From the IMG/VR virus record IMGVR_UViG_3300045988_060999: a stretch of 52,108 nt of DNA; one strand, 5' to 3'. The first letter of the stretch is position 1, and each line of letters begins with the position of its first letter. The position numbers were made by a program, and so were the translations under genes. The DNA is from a virus. Below are positions 1-9,584 of the stretch, piece by piece. A model generated the notes under the pieces. That model searched no databases. It saw only the letters and a list, made by a program, of their open reading frames with translations, and was not told the DNA's origin.

Positions 1-55
1 AAGGCTATTGTAAAGCAGTCGAAGACATATGCAATAGTTTGAAAGCACTTGATAG
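1..55. repeat. 55-nt exact copy of the window end (52054..52108); circular-assembly overlap
   Basis: The string aaggctattgtaaagcagtcgaagacatatgcaatagtttgaaagcacttgatag is present at both ends of the window. Confidence 0.9.
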
Positions 56-80
56 CTTGATAGTTAGAAAGCAGTGCTAA
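1..80 (+). CDS. 3' part of a small hypothetical ORF that wraps around the window ends (starts at 51960)
   Basis: The frame entering from 51960..52108 continues through the duplicated 55 nt to TAA at 78-80. Confidence 0.45.
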   Translation, partial: GYCKAVEDICNSLKALDSLIVRKQC

Positions 81-99
81 AGAAAAATAAATAAAAGCA

Positions 100-128
100 T
101 TGACAAACAAAATATAATATAGTATAAT
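100..128 (+). promoter_or_regulatory. sigma-A type promoter upstream of terL
   Basis: TTGACA at 100-105, 17-nt spacer, TATAAT at 123-128. Confidence 0.7.
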
Positions 129-160
129 ATAATAAAGTGGAAAGGTAATCGTTAATACTC

Positions 161-183
161 AGGCAAAGACGGTTGCCTTTTTG
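161..183 (+). terminator. weak hairpin plus T-tract in the terL leader (terminator for the upstream unit, or an attenuator)
   Basis: AGGCAA-agacgg-TTGCCT followed by TTTT. It lies about 30 nt downstream of the promoter -10. Confidence 0.4.
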
Positions 184-215
184 CTGTATATTGAGAGAAA
201 GGAAAACAGAACACA

Positions 216-1271
216 ATGGACATGAATATAGAAGTTGCTGAGCGGTTTTCTTCTTATCTCACTGATTGGGATTATAAACATTATTTGCTGTTAGGTGGTT
301 ATGGTTCTGGAAAGAGTTATAACACGGCATTGAAGATTATACTAAAACTATTAGAGGAAAAGCGTACAGCGTTAGTTGTGCGTGAAGTACGGGAAACAAT
401 CAAAGAATCATGTTACTCATTGTTGAAGGAAGTACTAGAAAAGTTAGATATGTTATCAGATGAACAAAGCAACAGAAGAACACCAACTGACAAAGTTATT
501 GCTATAACATCACCGATGGAGATAAGATTTCCAAATGGTTCAAGAATTATCTTTCGTGGAATGGACAAGATACAAAAGATTAAGTCAATCAACGGTGTTT
601 CTATTGTTTGGATAGAAGAGTGTTCTGAGATTAAATATCAGGCATATACAGAGTTATTAGGGCGTATCAGACAGCCGGGTGTTACACTACATTTTATTCT
701 TACTTGCAATCCTGTTGGTCGTGAAAACTGGGTATACAATACATTTTTCACTCATACGGATGAAAGTGGAAAAGAAACAGTAATATGTGATGAAAAGGAA
801 CTATACAGAAGAAGGACGATAATTAAGAAGATAAACAAGAAAGAAGTTATGTATTATCATCATAGCATATGCGAAGACAATCCGTTTATTCCACAGTCTT
901 ATATAGACACATTGGATGGATTAAAAGAAACAGACCCGAGACTATGGGTTGTAGCAAGGTATGGAAGATTCGGAGCAAATGGTATTATTGTTTTACCACA
1001 GTTTACGGTTGCAACAAATGCAAAACAATTTGTCGATACTGTAAATGGTATTCCAGCACAATTCCATTTCTTCGGTTTAGACTTCGGATTCGAGGAAAGT
1101 TACAATGCACTTATTTCATGTTGTGTTGATGATGTTAAAAAGATATTATATATATATGACGAAATCTATGTGAACCATTTGACGGATAAACAATTTGCTG
1201 ATAGGTTAGATGTGCATAAAGTAGCGGCAAGGGCAAGAAGATGTAACAAACCTATCTGTGCGGATTCGGCT
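216..1271 (+). CDS. terL: terminase large subunit, exon 1 (ATPase domain and first part of the nuclease domain)
   Basis: PBSX/Terminase_3-like motifs are present: YKHYLLLGGYGSGKSY (Walker A), IVWIEECSE (Walker B), FFGLDFGF and ICADSA. After 1271 the ORF drifts into 23 unrelated codons and a stop at 1343. Confidence 0.85.
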
Positions 1272-2127
1272 AAAAAGGTTTGGTCGATAAAAACCATATT
1301 AAATACTGGAAACCCGTTAGAGCCATTTAGTACCGTAGCGTGACAATCTGAATGGATTCGGCAACCAGTAGTAGTTTGAAAAATAAACGGAGGTTTTTGA
1401 AATGAAAATAAAAGTAAAAGAAATAAATAAAATAAAAGGATTAGAACATATAAACGATGGTTATTATGTTTCGTATGATGGTAGAGTATTTTCTCTTAGA
1501 GATTTTCATGGTAATGTAGATATGAAGTACAGGCATGAATTAAAACAATATGAAAAGACAGGTGGCTATTTAAATGTAGCGTTGACAACGAAACATAACA
1601 AAGTAAATTACTTGCGTGTAAACAGATTAGTTGCGTTAGCATTTGTGAAAGGGAAAACAGCTAAAAGAAAATATGTAAACCATAAAGATGAAAATAGAAA
1701 AAACAACAACGCAAATAATTTAAACTGGGTAACACCTAAAGAGAATAATTTGTGGAGTCTTGCAAGAAAAACATATAAATACGATTTGAGTGGTAATTTT
1801 ATTTGTTCATATATATCTGTAACAGAAACAGGAAAAGATGGTTTTAACATATCACATGTTGCGAATGTATGTAGAGGGATTGAAAGACAGCACAAAGGAT
1901 ATTTATTTTCATATCAGAAACTTACAAAAAAACAAGCTATTCAACGACTATCGAACACACATTATATTAGATACCCAAAATATAATGGAAGTAAGTAGAG
2001 TACACACAAGCGTGTGGAAACATATGGAACAACGTAGTTGTTAAGATATAGTCTAATCTATAGTGACAAGCTATAGCAGTTCATAAGAGAACGCATATAG
2101 CGTAGCGAACTATATGGAATAAAAATA
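1272..2127 (+). mobile_element. group I-like intron carrying an HNH homing endonuclease gene, inserted in terL (boundaries +/- a few nt)
   Basis: It interrupts the conserved ADSA|EPK motif. The 5' exon ends in U (1271). The guide-like GGTTTGGTCGA (1277-1287) pairs with both exon ends. An HNH ORF lies inside. Confidence 0.7.
1402..1998 (+). CDS. HNH homing endonuclease (intron-encoded, I-HmuI-like class)
   Basis: It has the motif NHKDENRKNNNANNLNWVTPKENN and an N-terminal NUMOD-like region. A GGAGG RBS lies at 1390-1394. Confidence 0.8.
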   Translation: MKIKVKEINKIKGLEHINDGYYVSYDGRVFSLRDFHGNVDMKYRHELKQYEKTGGYLNVALTTKHNKVNYLRVNRLVALAFVKGKTAKRKYVNHKDENRKNNNANNLNWVTPKENNLWSLARKTYKYDLSGNFICSYISVTETGKDGFNISHVANVCRGIERQHKGYLFSYQKLTKKQAIQRLSNTHYIRYPKYNGSK

Positions 2128-2433
2128 GAACCTAAAGCAATACAGTTTTACAGGCAGTCAGGTTTCAATATGTATGGATGTAAGAAGTATATTGGAAGTA
2201 GGTTGCAGAACACGAAGAAGATAAAACGTTTCAACAAAATTGTATGTTCTCCAAAATGTAAGAACGCAATTAGGGAATTGAAGTATTTAACTTATGCGAA
2301 GGATTCAAAGGGTAATGCTATATATGATGAATTCAATATCGATAGTCATTGCATGAGTAGCCTGTGGTATGCGTTAGATACATATACTGTAGCAGATGTT
2401 AAGGAAATACAAACAAATAGTAAGGCAGGATAA
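2128..2433 (+). CDS. terL: terminase large subunit, exon 2 (C-terminal part of the nuclease domain)
   Basis: The frame is open from 2128. It reads [24 protein letters not shown]...[24 protein letters not shown]...[13 protein letters not shown], typical of the TerL C-terminus. There is no own RBS. Confidence 0.8.
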   Translation, partial: EPKAIQFYRQSGFNMYGCKKYIGSRLQNTKKIKRFNKIVCSPKCKNAIRELKYLTYAKDSKGNAIYDEFNIDSHCMSSLWYALDTYTVADVKEIQTNSKAG

Positions 2434-2445
2434 AGAAAATATGAA

Positions 2446-2456
2446 ATAGGGGCAAA
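2446..2456 (+). promoter_or_regulatory. conserved motif ATAGGGGCAAA, copy 1 (upstream of the tail-fibre module)
   Basis: Exact 11-mer shared with 6291-6301 and 48966-48976. It is followed 10-15 nt later by an RBS. Confidence 0.4.
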
Positions 2457-2482
2457 TATGAAGCATACAGGAGGTGTGTAGA

Positions 2483-2731
2483 ATGTTACACAAATTCAGT
2501 GTAAGAAGACAAAGGCAAGAATTAGTAAGGTTACACGATATGCAAAAACAAAACATCACAGACGAATATAGTTGTGGAATCTATAACGGTTTAGAATTAG
2601 CGTTGGCTATTCTGGAAGAAAGAGAACCTGAATTTGTTTTTGTTGAAAAGAAAGAAGAACCGAAACAAATGGAAGAAACAAAACAAAAAGGAAGAACAGT
2701 AGCAAGTGGAATGAGAAAGTTAGGAGGTTAA
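2483..2731 (+). CDS. hypothetical protein
   Basis: ATG at 2483 is preceded by AGGAGG. No motif recognised. Confidence 0.55.
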   Translation: MLHKFSVRRQRQELVRLHDMQKQNITDEYSCGIYNGLELALAILEEREPEFVFVEKKEEPKQMEETKQKGRTVASGMRKLGG

Positions 2732-2734
2732 AAA

Positions 2735-3346
2735 ATGGGAACAATATCAAGTGCATATGTTAGAGACTTAGTTGAGAAAACAAGTCCAGAATCAGAAGAT
2801 TGTTTTGTTCTTGGAAATGAAACAGCAGGAAGGATTAACCTTTCAAATCTTGTAAAAGCTATTGCAAATATTATGCTTCCAGTTGGTCATATTCTTATGA
2901 CAACTAGGAATGTAAACCCGGGAACATATCTTGGTGGAACATGGGTAGCATGGGGAAGTGGAAGAGTACCAACAGGAGTAAATGCAGATGATACTGACTA
3001 TAGTGCATCAGAAAGAATAGGTGGTGCTAAAACATTAAATTTAGCACACTCTCATACAGTAAATGGTCACACACATGGTCTGTCAGGTGCGAGAGCCGCT
3101 ATCGGTCGTTCGTCTACAGATATCAATGCAATTAGTTATACGAATGGAGGAAATCCACATGGTGTAACTTTTGACAGACTTTTGAACACAGCGCCGGGAG
3201 TTTCTGGTGGTTCGTGGGGAGCGTTGGACACTGTTCCAATATATGGAAGTACAGACAGTTCTTCACCCGGAACTAATTCACAGTTAGGATATAGAGATAT
3301 CAGACAGCCTTATATTACTTGTTATATGTGGAAAAGGACGGCATAG
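2735..3346 (+). CDS. tail collar (MdpB/Collar-domain-like) tail fibre-associated protein
   Basis: It contains PVGHILMT..NPGTYLGGTWVAWGSGRVP...GGAKTLNLAHSHTVNGHTHGL, resembling phage tail collar proteins. AGGAGG RBS. Confidence 0.6.
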   Translation: MGTISSAYVRDLVEKTSPESEDCFVLGNETAGRINLSNLVKAIANIMLPVGHILMTTRNVNPGTYLGGTWVAWGSGRVPTGVNADDTDYSASERIGGAKTLNLAHSHTVNGHTHGLSGARAAIGRSSTDINAISYTNGGNPHGVTFDRLLNTAPGVSGGSWGALDTVPIYGSTDSSSPGTNSQLGYRDIRQPYITCYMWKRTA

Positions 3347-3349
3347 AGT

Positions 3350-3661
3350 ATGAGGGACATAATATTAAATTTATCAGAACAAACACTCAGTAAAATAGGT
3401 AGTTGTGATTATAGTAATATTGTAAGAGGTTCTAATAATTATCTTAGAATCGTTTTAAAGACTGATACCCAATGGAATAATATGGCAAAGGTAGTAACTG
3501 TAAGGACGCTTGGTGGAATTGAATATAACGCCATTTACGAGCCTACAGGAGTACTGTTACCAGAAGAAGTCACAAAGAACAGTTATTTTGAAGTTATGGT
3601 AACAGGTAAAAATGGAAATCAGCTAGTAAAAACAAATAGCGTTATTATTAATCAAATATAG
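3350..3661 (+). CDS. hypothetical protein (tail fibre module)
   Basis: ORF tightly packed between the collar-like and fibre genes. Confidence 0.5.
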   Translation: MRDIILNLSEQTLSKIGSCDYSNIVRGSNNYLRIVLKTDTQWNNMAKVVTVRTLGGIEYNAIYEPTGVLLPEEVTKNSYFEVMVTGKNGNQLVKTNSVIINQI

Positions 3662-3678
3662 AAAGGAGTGTAAAACAA

Positions 3679-5697
3679 ATGCCTAGTGTGGAAGAACTAT
3701 TATCTGTTGCAGAAGTTGATGCAAATACAAGAAGTGCAATGGATAGTAGGATTGAAATTGATGCAGATACAAGAATTATTCAGATGATGCCACAGGACGA
3801 ATTATTCGGTGTAGAAAGCGATGAAAAATCAGAAAGAAAATATTTCAAAGTGCCTAAAATTGTAGGTAATGGCGTAGACCTGTCAAAGTTGCAATTACGC
3901 ATTAATTATCAAAATGCAAGTAAAATACCAAGCGGAAAAGACATGTATATTGTTACGGATGCAACAGTATATAATGATGAATGGGTATATTTTTCATGGG
4001 AATTAAGCAGGAAAGTAACACAGTATAAAGGCAATATTTATTTTATTGTATGTGCTGTAAAAGCAGACAGCAAGGGAAACATAACAAATGAATGGAACAC
4101 AACATTAGCAGAAGGAAAAGTGTTAGAAGGTCTTGAGGTAGAAACAAGTCAAGAACAACAATATCAAGCAAGTGATTATTTGGAACAATTAAAACAACAG
4201 TTGTTAGAGTACAGCAAAGAAATAAAAGATACATTTCCAAGTGATTATACAGCAATGTCAGAAGATGTGAAGAACTTAAAGGAGAATAAGGTTGACAAAA
4301 CAGAATTTAGGAGTACATTGCAAACTGTTTTTGCGTATATTGCAGACATACGTGCTTATATTGGTTTGGATAATGAAAATCTCGTTGGTATTCAAGTTGA
4401 TTACAAAAACAAAACATTCAAAAGACTTGCCGGAGCAGTCAACCTTACAAAAGGTTCTGATTTTGACAAGTTCACAATGTTTGGCGGTCGTAAACGCTGT
4501 AATGTGGCTGACGATGGTTCTATAGTAGCATGGTACGGTGACGCAGATTACAAAGAAGATGGTTCAATGGGTCAGGTTATGGTATATCAGCCAAAATTCT
4601 ATTATTTGGTTTGCCCGGTTGAATATGACCCGATTGATACAGGTATCGGTTATCACTTAAGAAAAGCAAACTATTATGTGTCAGAAAAACCACGTGCAGG
4701 TTTTAGACTGCATCCGGCATTCTATGATGCATCAGGAAATGAAATTGACTATTTCCTCACATCTGCTTATGAAGGTAGTATTTGGGATGCAGACGGTGAT
4801 GCATATTTGTTACAAGATGAACAGGTTATGAATGCAGGTGGAGATAAATTTTCTTCAATTTCAGGTGCAAGACCTGCATCCGGTTCAACTCAGGGACTTA
4901 CAAGAACAGCTATTGAGCAGATGGCACAAAATAGAGGTGCAAATTGGCATGGTGATCTTATTAAACAAGTTTCTGCTGAACAAATGCTTATGATCATTGA
5001 AATGGGAATGATGAACTTACAAACAGCTATTGCACAAGGTGTTGTTACATTACCTTGGGAAACTGGAAGTGATAAGACAAGTTCATATGCCGCTGTGACT
5101 GGAAGTACATCAGGTATTGGAAACGGTACTGGAAGGGCAGAAAGAACAACTACTTATGAAGGTGGTGTTGCAAAAGAATACACCGTTGATGGTAAAACAT
5201 CAGTTTGTTGGAGAGGTAAAGAAAACTTTTGGGGAAACATTTGGAAGTTTGTTTATGGAATTAATATTTGGGGTAATGGAAAAATGGGGGGCGGTCAGCC
5301 TTACATTTGTTCTGACTTCAACTTTGCTGAAAACAAAAATAGCGGAAACTATGAGGGTGCAGGATTTACAGCAACTAATGTTGAAGGTTATATTTCAGCA
5401 ATGGGATATTCTACAATTTGCGATTGGTTATTTATAGCATCTGAATGTACTGGAAACAGTTCTTTACCCGTTGGAGATTATACTTATATTACACAAAATC
5501 TAAACGGTTACCGTATCGCTCCATTGGGCGGTCGCTGGACTGATGGCGGTGTTGCAGGTGCTTTCTCTTGGTATCTGGATTACGGTGTTGGTCGTCGTTA
5601 TCGGTTTATCGGGGGTCGCTTGGTATATATCCCAACAAAAGACAGTTCTGTTTACAATGCTGCTATTGCTTCATGGAAGGAACAAATGGCAGTTTAA
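3679..5697 (+). CDS. tail fibre / receptor-binding protein
   Basis: 672 aa. The N-terminal part resembles a BppU-like anchor and is followed by a coiled-coil segment. The C-terminus is Gly/Trp/Tyr-rich. AAGGAG RBS. Confidence 0.65.
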   Translation: MPSVEELLSVAEVDANTRSAMDSRIEIDADTRIIQMMPQDELFGVESDEKSERKYFKVPKIVGNGVDLSKLQLRINYQNASKIPSGKDMYIVTDATVYNDEWVYFSWELSRKVTQYKGNIYFIVCAVKADSKGNITNEWNTTLAEGKVLEGLEVETSQEQQYQASDYLEQLKQQLLEYSKEIKDTFPSDYTAMSEDVKNLKENKVDKTEFRSTLQTVFAYIADIRAYIGLDNENLVGIQVDYKNKTFKRLAGAVNLTKGSDFDKFTMFGGRKRCNVADDGSIVAWYGDADYKEDGSMGQVMVYQPKFYYLVCPVEYDPIDTGIGYHLRKANYYVSEKPRAGFRLHPAFYDASGNEIDYFLTSAYEGSIWDADGDAYLLQDEQVMNAGGDKFSSISGARPASGSTQGLTRTAIEQMAQNRGANWHGDLIKQVSAEQMLMIIEMGMMNLQTAIAQGVVTLPWETGSDKTSSYAAVTGSTSGIGNGTGRAERTTTYEGGVAKEYTVDGKTSVCWRGKENFWGNIWKFVYGINIWGNGKMGGGQPYICSDFNFAENKNSGNYEGAGFTATNVEGYISAMGYSTICDWLFIASECTGNSSLPVGDYTYITQNLNGYRIAPLGGRWTDGGVAGAFSWYLDYGVGRRYRFIGGRLVYIPTKDSSVYNAAIASWKEQMAV

Positions 5698-5710
5698 AAC
5701 GTGAGAGATA

Positions 5711-6058
5711 ATGAATAGGAGGTCTTATAATGTGACAACAGCAGAAATGATTGGTATAGTTGTTCTAGGGTTAAGTTCTTTGATTGGTATATTTACAGCA
5801 GTATATAGACCATTGAATGAAAATACAAAAGCGATGACTGAATTAACGCTAAAGATGGAACAGCTTGCAACGGAAATAAAAGAACAAAATAATAAACTAG
5901 AGAAACAAAACAAAGAAATAGAAGAATACAAAGAACACGTTAGAAAAGGTCAGAAAGAACAGTGGATTGCAATAGAAAGAAATGAAAAAGAAATAGGAGA
6001 AACGAAACACACATTAGAATTATGTCAATTAGAAAATGGAGGAAAAAAGCATGTTTAA
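5711..6058 (+). CDS. BhlA/UviB-like holin-type protein (N-terminal TM helix plus coiled coil)
   Basis: One TM helix (IGIVVLGLSSLIGIFTAVY) is followed by a charged coiled coil. It sits directly upstream of the holin and endolysin. Confidence 0.55.
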   Translation: MNRRSYNVTTAEMIGIVVLGLSSLIGIFTAVYRPLNENTKAMTELTLKMEQLATEIKEQNNKLEKQNKEIEEYKEHVRKGQKEQWIAIERNEKEIGETKHTLELCQLENGGKKHV

Positions 6059-6278
6059 AAATTGCGTATTCAAACCAAATGTTGATACTATCAAATGGAT
6101 TAAAGCCGCAGGAGTTAGAGCAATTAAAACAGTTGCTCAAACAGCCGTTGCTATTATTGGTACAAGTGTTACTATGGGCGCTGTGGACTGGAAGATGGTA
6201 GCAAGTGCTTCTGTATTAGCAGGAATTGTGTCTATTTTAACTTCTGTTGCAGGAATCAAAGAAGTACAGGCTGAGTAA
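6051..6278 (+). CDS. holin (phi LC3 / LL-H-like)
   Basis: It has the sequences IKAAGVRAIKTVAQTAVAIIG and ASASVLAGIVSILTSVAG. A GGAGG RBS precedes ATG 6051. Confidence 0.65.
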   Translation: MFKNCVFKPNVDTIKWIKAAGVRAIKTVAQTAVAIIGTSVTMGAVDWKMVASASVLAGIVSILTSVAGIKEVQAE

Positions 6279-6290
6279 TTAAAATGCCAT

Positions 6291-6301
6291 ATAGGGGCAA
6301 A
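6291..6301 (+). promoter_or_regulatory. conserved motif ATAGGGGCAAA, copy 2 (upstream of the endolysin)
   Basis: Exact 11-mer. The flanks AAAATG..(motif)..T.TGA.(G/C)CATA.GGAGG are similar to copy 1. Confidence 0.4.
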
Positions 6302-6328
6302 TTTGAGCCATAGGAGGGCATATATAAA

Positions 6329-7906
6329 ATGAGCATTAATGTGCATGAAAATGTTATAAAGGCTGTAAGATACTATATTTCTAAAGGATTAACTTTGGAA
6401 GGTGCTTGCGGTCTGGCGGCAAACCAGTTTAGGGAATCGTTTTACAAAGGAATTGGCTTTGTTTCGACAAGACTTGAGAGGTTATGTGTTCAGAGATATA
6501 GGGAGAACAAAGGAATTACTTATACCGATAAAACATATACAGAACAAGTGGATAATGGGAAGATTTCAAGAAGTGAATTTTTAAGTCCGCTGGGAAAACA
6601 TTATGGTTATGGTCTTTCACAATGGACTACAAGTGCAAGAAAAGCAGGATTGTATGATTTATGCAAAAAAACAAAAGTTTCTATTGGAGATATGGACACA
6701 CAGATTATTTACACGATTGAAGAATTAAAAGAAAAATTCCCGACAATCTATAAATATCTTTGTACTGTAAAAGATGTAACACAGGCTTCAAATTATGTTT
6801 TACAACATTATGAACAGCCGAATAACTGGCAGACAATGAAAGAAGCAAGGGCAGATACAGCAAAACAAATCTATAACAAAATGAATGAGGTAGGAACAAG
6901 TATGGGAAGTATTAATAATATTATTGCTAGGGAAAGAAGCTATGCAAAAATCCCTTACAAGGAAACAAGTGTAAATAATCAGAAGTTTTCAACAATGGTA
7001 AACAATGCAGGTTTAAGAGGATGTCAAGGACAGCCGTGGTGTGCCACATATCAATTTGCATTGGAATTGGAAGAATTCGGAAAAGCTGTCGCCTTGTCGC
7101 ATTGGAATATGACAACAGGTAATTATTGCGGTTATAGTGTTTTTGAAACAGAAGCAAAATTTGCCAAAGCAGGAAAAACAGGAAAAACCCCAAAAGTTGG
7201 TGCACTGGTAATTTTCAAACAGTCACATATGGGACGAGTGCTTTCAGTGAATGAAAAAAACAAAACATTCGAGTGTGGCGAAGGAAACACAAGCAATAGA
7301 GAGTTCAATCGTAATGGTGATTGTTGTGCGGTAAAAACTTATTCATGGACAGATGCAAAAATTAAATCATTCTGCTATATTAATTATGGACAGAGTAGCA
7401 CAAGCACAGCAACAAAAACAGAAACGACTACTTCTACATGGTCTGGAAAAGGTACTGCACACTGTAGTGCGAATGGCATTAATATCAGAAATACACCAGA
7501 TAGCAGTATTAAAACAAATGTTATTGGTCAGTTGAAAGCAGGAAACCAGTTCGAGTATAATGGCGAAACACAAAGCAACTTTGTTAAAATTCGTGTTATG
7601 TTTGGAGGAAAACAACAGATTTGTTGGATTCACAAAAATTATGTTGTGTATGAAACTGGAACAAAAGCAACAACAAATAGCACAACAAAGAAGAAAACAT
7701 ACACAGTAACAACAGATGCACATGCAAGAAAATATGCAGGAAAAGAGTATGCTACATTGGTTTCATATCCAACACTTAAAAAGGGAACAGTTGTTACTTA
7801 TCTTGCAACGGTAAAAGCTAAAGACGGTGTGGACTGGTACAGAGTAGAAATTGACGGAAAGAAAGGTAAGAAGATTGGCTATGTTTCGTCAAAATGTTTA
7901 AAATAA
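6329..7906 (+). CDS. multidomain endolysin (lysozyme-like N-terminus, CHAP/NlpC-like domain, two SH3-like repeats)
   Basis: GACGLAANQFRES...SQWT resembles a phage tail lysozyme. GQPWCATYQF...HMGRVLSV...GEGNTS resembles a Cys-His amidase. Two C-terminal SH3-like segments are linked by Thr-rich stretches. Confidence 0.8.
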   Translation: MSINVHENVIKAVRYYISKGLTLEGACGLAANQFRESFYKGIGFVSTRLERLCVQRYRENKGITYTDKTYTEQVDNGKISRSEFLSPLGKHYGYGLSQWTTSARKAGLYDLCKKTKVSIGDMDTQIIYTIEELKEKFPTIYKYLCTVKDVTQASNYVLQHYEQPNNWQTMKEARADTAKQIYNKMNEVGTSMGSINNIIARERSYAKIPYKETSVNNQKFSTMVNNAGLRGCQGQPWCATYQFALELEEFGKAVALSHWNMTTGNYCGYSVFETEAKFAKAGKTGKTPKVGALVIFKQSHMGRVLSVNEKNKTFECGEGNTSNREFNRNGDCCAVKTYSWTDAKIKSFCYINYGQSSTSTATKTETTTSTWSGKGTAHCSANGINIRNTPDSSIKTNVIGQLKAGNQFEYNGETQSNFVKIRVMFGGKQQICWIHKNYVVYETGTKATTNSTTKKKTYTVTTDAHARKYAGKEYATLVSYPTLKKGTVVTYLATVKAKDGVDWYRVEIDGKKGKKIGYVSSKCLK

Positions 7907-7910
7907 CAAT

Positions 7911-7939
7911 TTGACAATAAAATATTGTTATGATATAAT
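7911..7939 (+). promoter_or_regulatory. sigma-A promoter with extended -10, upstream of the portal gene
   Basis: TTGACA at 7911-7916, 17-nt spacer, TGaTATAAT at 7931-7939. Confidence 0.7.
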
Positions 7940-7941
7940 AT

Positions 7942-7966
7942 GGGTAGTAGAAATACTACCCTTTTA
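7942..7966 (+). terminator. intrinsic terminator of the fibre/lysis unit
   Basis: GGGTAGTA-gaaa-TACTACCC followed by TTTTA. The expected start site of the 7911 promoter falls inside the 5' arm. Confidence 0.7.
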
Positions 7967-8015
7967 TATTATATAATAATATATTATATTAATAATATAT
8001 AGAAAGGAAAATAAA

Positions 8016-9584
8016 ATGGAAGTAGATAAAGTACAGAATACAGATACAAAATTGAATGAGGACATAACATATTTGTTAGATTATCCTTATTTTGTGTTAT
8101 CAAATAAAACAAATGGCACTGTTTTTAGAAGAGAAGTTTTAGAGATTGAAAAATATTATAAAACATATAAGAATGGTGCTAGGTTCTTTACGGAAGGAAG
8201 TGCCGGTGATTATGTTCCATCACAAGTAAGATTTAAGAACATTAAAACATTGATTAATAAAGAAGCAAGGTTCATGTTTTCACAAACGCCAGATATTAAT
8301 ATCCAAGGAACAACAGTTGAAGACGAAGAGAAAGAACAAGTGGAACAATTACAAACATTAGTTGATAATGTTCTTGAAAGAAATCATTTTCAGAAGTTAT
8401 TATTGCAAAGTGCGAAGGATTGCTTTATCGGAAAAAGAATTGCTTGCCTTGTGGATTTTTCAGAAGAAAGCGGTGTGTTGTTACATTTTTATAACAGCAA
8501 ACAATTCTATTATGAAAAAGAATACGGTTCTGAAAAGATTATTCGTTTTGTAGGTTTTGAAAATATTGAAGAAGGAGAAAACAATAACAGAAAATATCTG
8601 ATTAATGATTATCGGTTAGAAAAAGGTGTTGTATATATGAGCCTGATTCTGTATGACAAAAGCGGAAATGTGATACAGGAAGTTATTTCAGATACAGCAA
8701 CAGAGTTAGATAGAATCCCGGTAAGCATTATTTTTAACACTGGTACATTGGACGACAAAAGAGGTGTTTCGGAAGTATCTGATTTAAGTGACGAAGAAGC
8801 ACTATACAGTAAAATGTCAAATGGTGATGTTGATAGCGTTAGAAAGGGAATGAACCCTATACGTTATGTTGTTGATATGAATAGCCAGACAACGAAAAAT
8901 CTAAGTTCTGGTGCAGGTGCTTTTTGGGACTTAAAATCTGAACAGAATCAGAATGAAGTACATGCGGCAGTTGGAACATTAGCACCTGCATTAAATCACA
9001 CAGAGCCAACAAAAGCTATTCTGGAACGTATTAAATCAGATATGTATGGACAGTTGGAAATTCCAAACATATCAGAGGAAACAATGGTAGGAACAATTAC
9101 AAGTGGAAAGGCATTAAAAGCATTATATTATCCGTTACAGGTTCGATGTGATGAAAAAATGATAACTTGGAAACCTTGTCTGATTGATATTGTAAGAAAT
9201 ATTATCGATATTGCATTGTTGAATGTTGATATTGTAAAAGGTATTTATCCAATTGTAGATTTGCAGGAGATTCAATATAACGTTGTAATACAAGAGCATT
9301 ATGCACTGGCAGAAGATGAACAGGAAGAAAAGGCAACAGACCTGTCTGAGATTGCATCAAATACACGAAGCAGAAAGTCATACATGAAAAAATGGCGTCC
9401 AGAGTTGACAGATGAACAAATCAACGAAGAGTTGTTACAGATTGCTATGGAATTGAATATGTTTGATACGATGGCAGTCAATACACAAGTACAAACGGAA
9501 TTGGATAATGTTTCAACGAAATATGAAGTTGACAAAAATATAGAGGATGTTGAAACAGAACAAAAAGCGGAAAACAAACAGTAA
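8016..9584 (+). CDS. portal protein (SPP1 gp6-like)
   Basis: 522 aa with an acidic C-terminus, positioned before the gp7-like, scaffold and capsid genes. The call rests on size and context plus general similarity. Confidence 0.75.
   Translation: MEVDKVQNTDTKLNEDITYLLDYPYFVLSNKTNGTVFRREVLEIEKYYKTYKNGARFFTEGSAGDYVPSQVRFKNIKTLINKEARFMFSQTPDINIQGTTVEDEEKEQVEQLQTLVDNVLERNHFQKLLLQSAKDCFIGKRIACLVDFSEESGVLLHFYNSKQFYYEKEYGSEKIIRFVGFENIEEGENNNRKYLINDYRLEKGVVYMSLILYDKSGNVIQEVISDTATELDRIPVSIIFNTGTLDDKRGVSEVSDLSDEEALYSKMSNGDVDSVRKGMNPIRYVVDMNSQTTKNLSSGAGAFWDLKSEQNQNEVHAAVGTLAPALNHTEPTKAILERIKSDMYGQLEIPNISEETMVGTITSGKALKALYYPLQVRCDEKMITWKPCLIDIVRNIIDIALLNVDIVKGIYPIVDLQEIQYNVVIQEHYALAEDEQEEKATDLSEIASNTRSRKSYMKKWRPELTDEQINEELLQIAMELNMFDTMAVNTQVQTELDNVSTKYEVDKNIEDVETEQKAENKQ

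Noticed and set aside
1-55. The 55-bp repeat as a biological direct terminal repeat.
   Set aside because: Its length equals a common assembler k-mer. It cuts through an ORF. It has no associated end-like features. Circular-assembly overlap is the simpler explanation.
869-1129. Alternative-frame + strand ORFs nested in larger genes (869-1129 in terL, 4292-4525 and 5117-5437 in the fibre gene, 12141-12404, 15230-15490, 30670-30858, 45563-45769 and others).
   Set aside because: They are fully embedded in motif-supported genes. They lack RBSs. Their compositions are biased (Lys/Arg-rich or Cys-rich), as expected from off-frame reading of AT-rich or GAA-rich coding sequence.
7911-7966. Lambda Q-type antitermination unit (constitutive promoter immediately followed by a terminator) in front of the portal gene.
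   Set aside because: The hairpin starts only 3 nt after the -10 hexamer. The expected transcription start therefore falls inside the 5' arm, and transcripts from this promoter cannot form the hairpin. The hairpin more plausibly terminates the upstream lysis unit.
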